NCBI GenBank assembly: GCA_045535515.1
Contig: JAZSLT010000016.1
Span: 83,802 to 147,801 of the forward strand
Direction: 5' to 3'
Source of the DNA: Clostridia bacterium
GTDB lineage: Bacteria; Bacillota; Clostridia; UMGS1883; UMGS1540
DNA: 64,000 bases
This document shows positions 1-10,874 of the stretch, piece by piece. Each line of letters begins with the position of its first letter. Positions within the stretch are counted from its first letter, which is position 1. The notes under the pieces are model-generated. The model searched no databases, had not been told where the DNA came from, and saw only the letters and a list, made by a program, of their open reading frames with translations. The position numbers and the translations under genes are program-made.

Positions 1-40
1 AATGTCAGTTTATGCCGGAGGAAAAAATTTTTATACGCGC

Positions 41-79
41 ACAACAAAAAGGGAGCCTGTCCTTGCCGGACAGGCTCCC
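41..79 (-). terminator. rho-independent terminator downstream of hup
   Basis: Stem GGGAGCCTGTCC / GGACAGGCTCCC at 51-79; on the minus strand it is followed by a U-run (plus-strand A-run 41-50). Confidence 0.5.
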
Positions 80-99
80 TTTCCTTGTGAAATTGTATA

Positions 100-387
100 T
101 CAGTTAACGGCATCCCGAAGTGCCTTACCGGCTTTGAAGGCCGGCAATTTCGATGCGGGAATGGTGATTTTCTTCTTGGTCTGCGGGTTGATACCTTCGC
201 GTGCGGCGCGTGTTCTGGTTTCAAAAGTACCAAAACCAACCAGCTGCACCTTGTCTTCTTTGGCGAGCGCGTCCGTAATGCAGGTGGCAAAAGCATTTAC
301 AAAGCCTTCTGCATCCTTTTTGGTCAGTCCCGCCTGTGCCGCAATCGCTGCGACAAGTTCACTCTTATTCATTTCAACAACCTCCAA
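100..387 (-). CDS. hup: HU family DNA-binding protein
   Basis: 95 aa; MNKSELVAAIA...GFGTFETRTRAAREGINPQT matches the HU/IHF signature. Confidence 0.9.
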   Translation of the reverse strand: MEVVEMNKSELVAAIAAQAGLTKKDAEGFVNAFATCITDALAKEDKVQLVGFGTFETRTRAAREGINPQTKKKITIPASKLPAFKAGKALRDAVN

Positions 388-462
388 AATGAAAATGGCG
401 TATTGCTCATATCGGGCAATACATTATCTATATTCGACATTTGTGAAAAAAACCCTTTTTTT

Positions 463-1239
463 TCAGTTATTTTCCTCTTTTTTTGACATATTCCACAAAA
501 CATCCAGCTCATTTATAGGCATAGTATCTAACGAATTCCCGTTTTTATGCGCCTTCTGCTCCATAGAAGAAAAGCGGCGGATGAATTTATCGGTAGCCTT
601 CGTCAGCGCCTCTTCGGCATCCACACCGGAAAGACGCGCCACCTCTACCGCTGTAAACAGTAAATCCCCGATTTCCTCCTCAATGTTGGTGCTTTCCGCA
701 AGGGCAGACGAAAGCTCGTCCGTCTCCTCCCGCACCTTTTCCAGCGCCGCCCCCGGATTTTCCCAGCTAAAGCCTACCTTGGCCGCCTTCCCGCCCACCT
801 TAGCCGCCCGCATGAGCGCCGGCAGATAGCGCGAAACCGATTGCATGCTTTCCGTGGTGGTGCGCTGGCTGTTTTCAACTTTCTTTATTTTTTCCCAGTT
901 TACCAGCACTTCCTCGCTGTTTTCCACATGAACATCGCCAAAAACATGGGGGTGGCGGCGAATCATTTTTTCGCAGACAGCCGTCGTTACATCGTCTATG
1001 GTAAATTCATTTTCATCCTTGCCGATTTGCGCATGAAAGACAATCTGCAAAAGGAGGTCACCCAGCTCGTCCGCCATTTTGGCGCCGCTGCCGCTGTCAA
1101 TCGCCTCCAGCGCTTCGTACGCCTCCTCTATCATATTCTTCTTAATGCTTTCGTGCGTTTGTTCCGCATCCCACGGACAGCCGCCTGGCGCGCGAAGCTT
1201 TGCAATAATGTCTACTAAATCAGAAAATGTATATGGCAT
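463..1239 (-). CDS. mazG: nucleoside triphosphate pyrophosphohydrolase MazG
   Basis: 258 aa with tandem MazG domains (EEAYEALEAID..., ELGDLLLQIVFHAQI, second EE..GDLLF); yabM-yabN-like synteny. Confidence 0.85.
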   Translation of the reverse strand: MPYTFSDLVDIIAKLRAPGGCPWDAEQTHESIKKNMIEEAYEALEAIDSGSGAKMADELGDLLLQIVFHAQIGKDENEFTIDDVTTAVCEKMIRRHPHVFGDVHVENSEEVLVNWEKIKKVENSQRTTTESMQSVSRYLPALMRAAKVGGKAAKVGFSWENPGAALEKVREETDELSSALAESTNIEEEIGDLLFTAVEVARLSGVDAEEALTKATDKFIRRFSSMEQKAHKNGNSLDTMPINELDVLWNMSKKEENN

Positions 1240-1248
1240 ATTTTTCTC

Positions 1249-2832
1249 CTATCGTAATAATTTAGTGCGTTTTAAAAGACGGATAAGCAACTCTCCCTTT
1301 GGCAGAAGCGCCAAATCCTCTTCTTTAATGGCGCGCAGGCAAAGGAGCATGGCACCATAGGTGACCGCACCGCCAAAAATGGGAAGACCTACGGACAAAA
1401 GGCGCCCGAAGGGAAGGAAAAACTGATACAAAAACAGGACAACACCGCCCATAATAAGCGTGGAAAACAGCGGACGGAGAAGCATATCCGAAAGGCTGTA
1501 CCGAACGCCCAGAACCTTTCGTATGGCGGCTAAATTCAGAAGGAGTATCAGCGCGTAGCAGACAATCGTACCGACAGGCGCGCCGCAAATGTTAATAGAA
1601 GGATTGGAAACGAGGAAATAGTTTATGATAATTTTTAGAATACCGCCCAAAACCATGTGAATAACCGGCACATACACCTTCCCGACGGCCTGCAGGATTG
1701 CGTTCGTAACCTGCACGAGCGACACGAAAACAATCGCCCAGCCTAAGATGCCCAGCATAGACGAGGCGTTGGCATTATTATAGATTAAAGATAAAATCGG
1801 CATAGCTAAAAGAGAAACGCCCGCAGAACAGGGGAGCGCAAAGAGGGTAGTAATACGAATGGCCGACTCGGCACTCGCTCTCGCCCTTTCTTTTCTGCCG
1901 CTTATAAAAGCCGCGGCAATCGCCGGCACCAGACTTATGCTGATAGCCGTTAAAAGCGTGGGGGGCATGTTGAAAATCGGGATGGCATACCCCGAATAAG
2001 AACCCCACAGGCGTACGGCCTCCGCCTGTGAAAAGCCGCCAGCTTGCAGGCTGTGCTTAATCATGGCCATATCAATCACACTTGTCAGGCTGAAAACAGA
2101 AGCACCGATGGTAATGGGAATGGCAATCGTAATCAGCCGCGCAAACAAGACGCGATGGGAGCGCGGACGGCCTTCTGTACTCCCCGCAGCAAAAAGACGC
2201 CGCTTTGTAAAGAGGAAGATAGCCAGAAGGACAAGAGAACCTAATGCCGCACCGGCAGAAACACCGGCTACGGCACCGGCCGCGCCCATTTCTACGCCAC
2301 GCGATAAAAGAAGATAGGCAAGGCCGTATCCGAATACAAGCTTGCCGAAGGCCTCCGCCACCTCCGAGGTGGCTGTGGGCACCATGTTCTGTTGTCCTTG
2401 GAAAAAGCCGCGAAAAGCGGACATGATGGCCACAAAAAGCATCGCAGGCGCGATGGCGCGGATACCGGCCGCGGCCTTCGGGTTACCAATGAGATGCGAA
2501 AGGGAATCTGCTCCGAAAAAGAGGATGCCGCCGCCTATAAGGCCGAGCAGAAAGAGAAACAGGAAGCTCACCTTTAAAATGCGGCGCGCCTCCGATTTCC
2601 GCCCCAGCGCCACACTTTCCGAAACCATTTTGGAAATGGCAACGGGAAGGCCCGCTGTAGCCAGCACGAACATCCAGGTATACATCGTATAGGCATCGGA
2701 AAAATGCCCCATGCCTTCTTCACCGATTAAATATGTAAGCGGAACCTTAAATGCAAGGCCGATAACCTTTACCAGTAGGTTTGCCGCCATTAAAACGGCC
2801 GCACCGCTGACAAAAGAGGAAGTTTTCTGCAT
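1249..2832 (-). CDS. MOP-superfamily polysaccharide biosynthesis protein / flippase (MurJ/SpoVB/YabM-like)
   Basis: 527 aa polytopic membrane protein; the position upstream of mazG matches B. subtilis yabM. Confidence 0.7.
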   Translation of the reverse strand: MQKTSSFVSGAAVLMAANLLVKVIGLAFKVPLTYLIGEEGMGHFSDAYTMYTWMFVLATAGLPVAISKMVSESVALGRKSEARRILKVSFLFLFLLGLIGGGILFFGADSLSHLIGNPKAAAGIRAIAPAMLFVAIMSAFRGFFQGQQNMVPTATSEVAEAFGKLVFGYGLAYLLLSRGVEMGAAGAVAGVSAGAALGSLVLLAIFLFTKRRLFAAGSTEGRPRSHRVLFARLITIAIPITIGASVFSLTSVIDMAMIKHSLQAGGFSQAEAVRLWGSYSGYAIPIFNMPPTLLTAISISLVPAIAAAFISGRKERARASAESAIRITTLFALPCSAGVSLLAMPILSLIYNNANASSMLGILGWAIVFVSLVQVTNAILQAVGKVYVPVIHMVLGGILKIIINYFLVSNPSINICGAPVGTIVCYALILLLNLAAIRKVLGVRYSLSDMLLRPLFSTLIMGGVVLFLYQFFLPFGRLLSVGLPIFGGAVTYGAMLLCLRAIKEEDLALLPKGELLIRLLKRTKLLR

Positions 2833-2854
2833 ATCGTTCTCCTTTTCATTTCGT

Positions 2855-3598
2855 TTATGCCTTTACTATATTCCTTATCCGGTGTAAGTATGTCAACGAT
2901 TTGGGAACAAGCTCCGCCTTGTCCGTAACAAAGCGTTCAATAAAGGGAGCCAGCTCCTCTGCCGCCTGACCGCCGGAAAAGTCCAGCGCCGTTTTCAGCC
3001 CCTTTTCCGTATAACCGCGGAGAAGCGCGAGTGCGGCAGGGGAAAGGGGAGGGAGAGGACGGCACGCCCCACACACAAGACCGCCGTCCTGCGCGGAAAA
3101 GGCGGCGGGATGAGCGGCACCACATCGCACGCAATCGGAAGTGTGCGGCATAAAGCCCGCGGCGCACATCAGGCGGATTTCATAAAGCACCTTAAGGTCG
3201 GGCGGGGCTTTGAGGTCCTGCTCCAGATAGTGGAGCGTATTTAAAAGAAGCCGAACGGCCTCTTTGGCATCGGTTCCTTCTTCAAACAAAAGTCCCGCAA
3301 GCTCGCCGAAGTAAACGGCATAGGAAAGCTTTTCCACATCCTCCCGAAGATGGTAGAAGGTGCGGATGGGGGAGGCGGCCGTAAGGCTGTACATCTCCCC
3401 GCGCGGCAGGACAATAAATTCACCATAGGACAAAAGGGTGCACCCGCTGTGCATGGGATTTTTCTGGCTACGCGCCCCACGCGCCCATATACGGATTTTG
3501 CCCAGTTCGGGCGACAGAACGGTCAGCGCAAGACTACTGTTCTTGCCGCTGGCTGTCCGTATGACTATACCCGTCGTCTTCAGCGGTTCCATGCCCAT
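2855..3598 (-). CDS. recO: DNA repair protein RecO
   Basis: 247 aa; N-terminal OB-fold-like LKTTGIVIRT...YGE; C-terminal zinc finger CVRCG...CGAC; era-recO synteny. Confidence 0.8.
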   Translation of the reverse strand: MGMEPLKTTGIVIRTASGKNSSLALTVLSPELGKIRIWARGARSQKNPMHSGCTLLSYGEFIVLPRGEMYSLTAASPIRTFYHLREDVEKLSYAVYFGELAGLLFEEGTDAKEAVRLLLNTLHYLEQDLKAPPDLKVLYEIRLMCAAGFMPHTSDCVRCGAAHPAAFSAQDGGLVCGACRPLPPLSPAALALLRGYTEKGLKTALDFSGGQAAEELAPFIERFVTDKAELVPKSLTYLHRIRNIVKA

Positions 3599-3674
3599 TC
3601 TCCGTTTCCTTGAATTTCATATACAGTTCGGGATTACCCGTCTGGCAAAACAGTTCCCAGTAAGCTAAATCCAT
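3522..3674 (-). CDS. yqzL: YqzL-family small protein (about 50 aa), overlapping the recO start
   Basis: Too short for the ORF track. Translates to MDLAYWELFCQTGNPELYMKFKETENG...; RBS GAAGGTG sits 7 nt upstream; it lies between era and recO exactly as yqzL does in Bacillus. Confidence 0.45.
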
Positions 3675-3739
3675 TTTTAACACCTTCGCTTTCTGGAAGT
3701 ATTTTGCGCAGAAAGCGATAGATTATGGCAGGTAAAAAC

Positions 3740-4633
3740 TTACTCTTTGTCACTAAAGCCGAGATTTTTCAGCATAAAGTTACTGTTTCGCCAATCGTCC
3801 TTTACTTTTACAAAAAGCTGCAGATATATTTTCTTTCCGAAAAAGGCTTCCGCCTCTTCTCGCGCCGCCGTACCCACGCGTTTGAGCATGGCACCGCCGC
3901 GTCCGATGATAATCGATTTATGGGAGGCTTTTTCACACACAATGTCCGCCGTAATGCGGCAGATTTTCGCCTCATCCTTCATTTCCATAATTTCCACAGC
4001 CGTTCCGTGCGGAATTTCCTGGTCGAGATAGGAGAGAAGCTTTTCGCGGATAAACTCCGCCATAATTTCGCGTTCCGTTTTATCGGTAATCATGTCCTCG
4101 GGATAATACATCGGCCCTTCTGTCAGAAATTTCTGTAGCTCCTCCTGCAAAATTTCCACACCGTCGCCAGTTTTGGCAGAAATGGGAACGATGGCGGAAA
4201 AATCAAATTTTTCCGAGAAGGCGGCAATCTGGGGAAGCAGTGCCTCGCGGCCCATACGGTCAATTTTATTCAGGGCCAGCACCGCCGGAATTTTTTTCGC
4301 CGTAAGCTCTGCAATAATGCGCTCCTCCGGCGCACCGAAGCCGCGGGTGGCATCGGCCATAAGAAGAGCCGCATCCACCGATTCAATGGCACCGATGGCG
4401 GCGTGGTTCATGTAATCGCCAAGGCGCGTTTTGCTCCGGTGCACACCGGGCGTGTCCACAAACACCATCTGGTAGTTTTCGTCATTTACAATACCTAAAA
4501 TTTGATTTCGCGTTGTCTGGGGTTTGGCGGTCGTAATCGCAATTTTAGCGCCCACCAGACGATTTAAAATAGTAGATTTTCCCGCATTCGGGCGGCCGAC
4601 AATCGCAATAAAACCGGATTTGAAGTTTTCCAA
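3740..4633 (-). CDS. era: GTPase Era
   Basis: G1 motif GRPNAGKST, DTPG, NKID, and a C-terminal KH domain. The likely start is TTG at 4633, with AGGAAGGG 6-7 nt upstream and just after the rodA stop; the track ORF extends in frame to 4789. Confidence 0.8.
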   Translation of the reverse strand: MENFKSGFIAIVGRPNAGKSTILNRLVGAKIAITTAKPQTTRNQILGIVNDENYQMVFVDTPGVHRSKTRLGDYMNHAAIGAIESVDAALLMADATRGFGAPEERIIAELTAKKIPAVLALNKIDRMGREALLPQIAAFSEKFDFSAIVPISAKTGDGVEILQEELQKFLTEGPMYYPEDMITDKTEREIMAEFIREKLLSYLDQEIPHGTAVEIMEMKDEAKICRITADIVCEKASHKSIIIGRGGAMLKRVGTAAREEAEAFFGKKIYLQLFVKVKDDWRNSNFMLKNLGFSDKE

Positions 4634-4653
4634 AACAGTACCCTTCCTATTCT

Positions 4654-5763
4654 TTAAAATTGTATTCGTTTCCGTCGCATATGCACACTTAGCGCAAGGG
4701 AAAGTGCGAGAAGACTGGCAACCATATTTGAGCCGCCATAGCTGACAAAGGGAAGCGGTATGCCGGTAACCGGCAAAAGGCCAAGACACATGCCGATACT
4801 CTCAAACACATGCGCCATCAGCATAAAGCCGACACCGGCCGCGAGCAGTTCGCCAAAGCCATCCCGCGCCTGGGAGGCGATGACAAAGCAGCGCACAATC
4901 AGGATGAGGAGAACGGCAAGGAGCAAAATAGAGCCCCACATACCCATTTCCTCGCCAATCACCGCAAAAATAAAGTCCGTTTGTTTTTCGGGAAGATACC
5001 CATGCTGCGTCTGGATGCCTTGCCCGATGCCGCGCCCCAAAACGCCGCCGGCCCCGATGGCAATTTTCGATTGCATCACATGATAGCCGGCTCCGAGGGG
5101 GTCCATCTCCGGATTAAAAAAGGTGAGAATACGGTTTTTCTGGAAATCCTCTAAAAGGAAGAACCAGGCGAGAGGCGCTGCGGCCGCAAACAGACCGCCG
5201 GCGGCGGCAAAGTATTTAAGGCTCAGGCCTCCTACATATAAAACGCCGAGAAAGATAAAAACAAACACAAGCGCCGTTCCCACATCCGGCTGCAGAAGAA
5301 TAAGACCAATTAAAAGACCGGCGTGCAGACACAAAAGAAGCAATACGGAGGGGCGGTTTATATCCTCGCGTACAGCGTCTACATGCTTGGCGAAGGAAAG
5401 AATAAAGCCGATTTTGGCAAGCTCCGACGGCTGAATACCAACGGGACCGAGGCGAATCCAGCCCTTTGTGCCCACTTCCTCGCCGCCTGTGCCGATAAAC
5501 AACACAACCAGAAGAAAAAGCGCACTTAAAATATAAATGTATACACTAAGCTGCCCCCAGAAATCGTAGTCCACTCGCGTTATGAGGATAAGCAAAACGG
5601 CACCCAGCAAAAACGCGCCCAGCTGCACCACAACATAACGGGAAGACCCGAGGCTCTGTGCGGAGCTTGCGATGGCAACCAGACCTATAATAAAGGCCAG
5701 CGAAGCACAGATTAAAAGCCAGGGGTCAAGCGAGGAGAAAAAACGGTTTTTCCTTTTCACCAA
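4654..5763 (-). CDS. rodA: SEDS-family peptidoglycan glycosyltransferase (RodA/FtsW)
   Basis: 369 aa polytopic protein; the C-terminal region GIPLPFVSYGGSNMVASLLALSL is typical of FtsW/RodA. Confidence 0.8.
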   Translation of the reverse strand: MVKRKNRFFSSLDPWLLICASLAFIIGLVAIASSAQSLGSSRYVVVQLGAFLLGAVLLILITRVDYDFWGQLSVYIYILSALFLLVVLFIGTGGEEVGTKGWIRLGPVGIQPSELAKIGFILSFAKHVDAVREDINRPSVLLLLCLHAGLLIGLILLQPDVGTALVFVFIFLGVLYVGGLSLKYFAAAGGLFAAAAPLAWFFLLEDFQKNRILTFFNPEMDPLGAGYHVMQSKIAIGAGGVLGRGIGQGIQTQHGYLPEKQTDFIFAVIGEEMGMWGSILLLAVLLILIVRCFVIASQARDGFGELLAAGVGFMLMAHVFESIGMCLGLLPVTGIPLPFVSYGGSNMVASLLALSLALSVHMRRKRIQF

Positions 5764-5775
5764 ACTAACACCACC

Positions 5776-6567
5776 TTATTTTACAAGAGGACAAAGGTCA
5801 GCCTCCGTAATTTCCAGAAGGTCCGCCAGCGTGGAAAGACGGAGAAGCCGGTCCTCATAAAGTGCAGGGTCGTGACAATCGGAGCCGAAAATAAATTTAC
5901 AGCCACATTCCTTAGCCGTTTCGTACACGCGGAACATTTCGCTCCGGTGCATGGCCTTTACGGGATACGAGAGGAAAGCGGAAGCGTTGATTTCCAGCGC
6001 GATGTTGTGATATACGGCATCGGAGAACAAATCCTCCAGCCGGTCATCGGAAATACGGAACAGCACCTCGTCAAAGTTATCGGGATTGCCGTAGGGATAA
6101 AAGGGATGGGCAATCGCAGTAATATATTTCGAAAGCGGATTTTCTACCAGCATGGAAAAACGCTCACACAAAACATCTGCCAGCTTTTTCACATCACGGC
6201 GGATAGCTTCGGGAATAACGGCATCGTGCTGCGAGTGGGAATGTACCGCCAGTACATAGTCAAGCTTTCCGGCGGCTTCCTCGGAAAGACCGAGAATACC
6301 GTTTTTGTCCATCTCCGCCTCACAGCCGCGGAGAACGCGGATGCCCTTCTCCTTCGGCAGCGGCTCCGACAAAATATGCGCCATATCCTGCCCTTTGTAA
6401 AAATCATTAATGGCAGGGGATACGGCGGTGTCCCAGACATGGTTTGAAAAGCCTATGGTTTTAAGGCCCTTTTCCTTTGCAATTTCAATATAAGCCTCGG
6501 GTGTGGCAAGGGGACTGCCACAGCGGGAGAGAGAAGTGTGCATGTGCAGGTCGTGTTGTATATTCAA
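5776..6567 (-). CDS. PHP-domain metal-dependent phosphoesterase
   Basis: 263 aa; N-terminal HMHTSLS... His motif and later HSH/H..D motifs typical of PHP/histidinol-phosphatase-like proteins. Confidence 0.6.
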   Translation of the reverse strand: MNIQHDLHMHTSLSRCGSPLATPEAYIEIAKEKGLKTIGFSNHVWDTAVSPAINDFYKGQDMAHILSEPLPKEKGIRVLRGCEAEMDKNGILGLSEEAAGKLDYVLAVHSHSQHDAVIPEAIRRDVKKLADVLCERFSMLVENPLSKYITAIAHPFYPYGNPDNFDEVLFRISDDRLEDLFSDAVYHNIALEINASAFLSYPVKAMHRSEMFRVYETAKECGCKFIFGSDCHDPALYEDRLLRLSTLADLLEITEADLCPLVK

Positions 6568-6579
6568 GTGGATATCCTC

Positions 6580-8022
6580 CTATTCACAAATAAATACGGC
6601 ATAGTCGGCCGTGCCTTTTACGCGGAGCACATCGCCCGCGGTTTCAAAGGTAATGCCGTCGCTCTTTTCATATACGCGGACGGAGCCGTGTACGGGAATT
6701 TCTAAAGTGTTTTCTTCGATAAAGTCTACATAAATATAAGTTTTTCCGGTATAGGAAACGGTGTAAAAGGAAGCGCGGTCGGTACTTTGCGGGAAATACT
6801 TTTTGTAGGCTATGCCGCGAACGGCGGTTAAATCACCATCCATGAAGGTGGGATAAACCTTGCGCGTTTTATAGAGATGCCCGGCCTCCGACAAATGCGA
6901 AAGACGCTTTTCGGGCGCGCCGTCAAAAACAGGCAGAAAACCTGCGGCAAAGCCTAGACGGTCATGTCCCGCGCTGTCGCGGAAATAATCCACTACGCGG
7001 TCGGGCGGAGAATCCGGCACGGCCCAGGATTCCCGATAAAGGCGCGGACTGCTTTCGGGATACGCGCCGCGCGCGAGGGAGATGGGCGTATTAAAATCAA
7101 AAGTACCATCGCAAAGCGAGAGGGGCAGGGTTTTCGGCACGCGGCGATAAATACCGCCACCAAAGGCGTCCTGCTTTTCCTGATACATAATGCCGAGCCA
7201 TCTTTCAAAGCGGATGTCCATGGTCTTTTTCACCGAAAAGTCACATAAGACGGTGCCGTCCGGCAGAAGATGGTAGTACATACGATGCACAAGCATCGTT
7301 TCGCCAAAGTCACCAAGGTCAGGCTGATGGGCAAAGCCACCTTCGGGGCGCGCCGCGGTAAGGGCGGGCGCGACGGTGGCAGGGTTTCGGAGCTCATATT
7401 CCTCCTCAATCCGCGCGCTGTCGCAACGCGCCTTTACATAAAGGGTGCTTTCCTCCCCATCGGTAATGGTAACGATGCGCTTTTTCGTAAATTTATATGC
7501 ACGCGTAAGATAAACGGTGGTCTGTTTATCGAAGGCCGGAATGGCGGCAGTATTTTCGCCGTCCGAAACATAGGCAAGCTTACCTGTAATCTGCATGACA
7601 AATTTATAATCTTCCAGGGTGCCAATATTTTCGGACACAAACATCAGATGGTCCTCCGTTTCGATGCGAAGGAGCGTAAAGGTAACACCTGCCTCGTCCT
7701 TCCATACGGAGCCGACATCGGCGACCGTTTTGCCGTGGCCGGGTGCGCGCAAAACGATGCAGCAGGGCTGACCGTGGCCGCCACCGAGCCATGTGCCGTT
7801 TATAATGCCCGGCGTAGCCTCGTCGTTTGTAATGGCAAGCGGGATGTCTAAATGAAAACAGTCCCATTTGGCCTTCTCGATAAGACCGGCCTCCATAAAA
7901 TCAACCGGGTCATTGAAGGTGCCGCCGGTTTGCGATACACCCCGGAATTTCTGTACGAGGTCATGCGTTTCAGAATAGGGCGTTTGGACCAGAAGCTGGT
8001 ATTTTGACATATAAAGAAACAT
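6580..8022 (-). CDS. hypothetical protein (about 480 aa, beta-rich, no signal peptide); the track ORF extends to 8046
   Basis: Long ORF with no family I recognise. Preferred start is the ATG at 8022, with AAGGAGA 6 nt upstream. Sits immediately downstream of the XRE-cupin regulator. Confidence 0.5.
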   Translation of the reverse strand: MFLYMSKYQLLVQTPYSETHDLVQKFRGVSQTGGTFNDPVDFMEAGLIEKAKWDCFHLDIPLAITNDEATPGIINGTWLGGGHGQPCCIVLRAPGHGKTVADVGSVWKDEAGVTFTLLRIETEDHLMFVSENIGTLEDYKFVMQITGKLAYVSDGENTAAIPAFDKQTTVYLTRAYKFTKKRIVTITDGEESTLYVKARCDSARIEEEYELRNPATVAPALTAARPEGGFAHQPDLGDFGETMLVHRMYYHLLPDGTVLCDFSVKKTMDIRFERWLGIMYQEKQDAFGGGIYRRVPKTLPLSLCDGTFDFNTPISLARGAYPESSPRLYRESWAVPDSPPDRVVDYFRDSAGHDRLGFAAGFLPVFDGAPEKRLSHLSEAGHLYKTRKVYPTFMDGDLTAVRGIAYKKYFPQSTDRASFYTVSYTGKTYIYVDFIEENTLEIPVHGSVRVYEKSDGITFETAGDVLRVKGTADYAVFICE

Positions 8023-8035
8023 ACCGGTTCTCCTT

Positions 8036-8590
8036 TTAGATAACAAGGGTTAAAAGCTTGGCAGGAGCATCGCCTATGGCAATCATGCCATGCGGATAGG
8101 AGGAATCATAGTATACGGAATCGCCGGCCTCTAAAATCTCCTCCTTGCCGCCGATGGTGATTAAAATTTTTCCTTCCAGAACATAGTCAAATTCCTGCCC
8201 CTTATGAATGTTCGTATGGGGTTTTTCCTCGCCCTCCTGCGGCGCAACCGTTACCAGAAGCGGAAGCACCTTCGGATCGGCAAAGTTATAAGCGAGATGC
8301 TGGTAATCATACTGCTTGCAGCGCTCAATGGCAAGACCGCTGCCGCCGCGCACGACCTGATATACGCGGAGCTTTGCATCCTTGCCGGACAAAAGCTCGT
8401 ATACCTGAATACCGAAGTGGTTGGCGATATCAGAAAGAAAGCTTATCGGCATATCGGAGGAGCCGCTTTCATATTCTAAATAGGTTTCGTGCGAAACCTT
8501 GAAAAGTGCGGCCATTTCCTGCGTGGTGCGCCCTTCAATTTCGCGTAATTCCCGTATCCGCAGCGCTACTTTTTTAATATCTTCATTCAT
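8036..8590 (-). CDS. XRE-family HTH transcriptional regulator with a C-terminal cupin domain
   Basis: N-terminal HTH (LRELREIEGRTTQEMAALFKVSHETYLEYESG) and C-terminal cupin (GQEFDYVLEGK...GDSVYYDSSYPHG). Start taken at MNEDIKK, with GGGAGG 7 nt upstream. Confidence 0.75.
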   Translation of the reverse strand: MNEDIKKVALRIRELREIEGRTTQEMAALFKVSHETYLEYESGSSDMPISFLSDIANHFGIQVYELLSGKDAKLRVYQVVRGGSGLAIERCKQYDYQHLAYNFADPKVLPLLVTVAPQEGEEKPHTNIHKGQEFDYVLEGKILITIGGKEEILEAGDSVYYDSSYPHGMIAIGDAPAKLLTLVI

Positions 8591-8773
8591 GGAAAAACCT
8601 CCCATACAATTTTATTCTATTAGTATATCACATTAAAGAAAAAAAAGCAATTCCCAGGCGCGTAAAAAAGGAAAAATTTTTAGAAAAAAATGTAACTCTA
8701 AGAAAAAAGAAGAAAACAGGAGAAAATTAAAGAAAAATATGGATTATATGGAAAAAACGAATATAAATGCGTG

Positions 8774-8801
8774 TTGAATTACTGTGAAAATGTGGTAAAC
8801 T
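8774..8801 (+). promoter_or_regulatory. putative sigma-A promoter for groES-groEL
   Basis: -35 TTGAAT at 8774-8779, 13-nt spacer, extended -10 TGGTAAACT at 8793-8801; lies immediately 5' of CIRCE. Confidence 0.4.
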
Positions 8802-8809
8802 TATGAATG

Positions 8810-8836
8810 TTAGCACTCGGAGAGCGAGAGTGCTAA
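8810..8836 (+). promoter_or_regulatory. CIRCE (HrcA operator) inverted repeat
   Basis: TTAGCACTC-GGAGAGCGA-GAGTGCTAA is a perfect match to the CIRCE consensus TTAGCACTC-N9-GAGTGCTAA; sits 37 nt upstream of groES. Confidence 0.9.
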
Positions 8837-10809
<1,973 letters not shown>

Positions 10810-10831
10810 ACTAAAAAACGCCATACAAAAA

Positions 10832-10858
10832 GGCACGGTTTTCAGCCGTGCCTTTTTT
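10832..10858. terminator. bidirectional rho-independent terminator between groEL and the convergent minus-strand gene
   Basis: GGCACGG-ttttcag-CCGTGCC followed by TTTTTT; the stem is extended by an outer CCATACAAAAA/TTTTTGTATGG repeat, so there is a U-run on both strands. Confidence 0.7.
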
Positions 10859-10874
10859 GTATGGCAATAAGCTT

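Noticed and set aside
2-829. 275-aa plus-strand ORF spanning hup and mazG on the opposite strand.
   Set aside because: Antisense to two strongly supported genes and the terminator between them.
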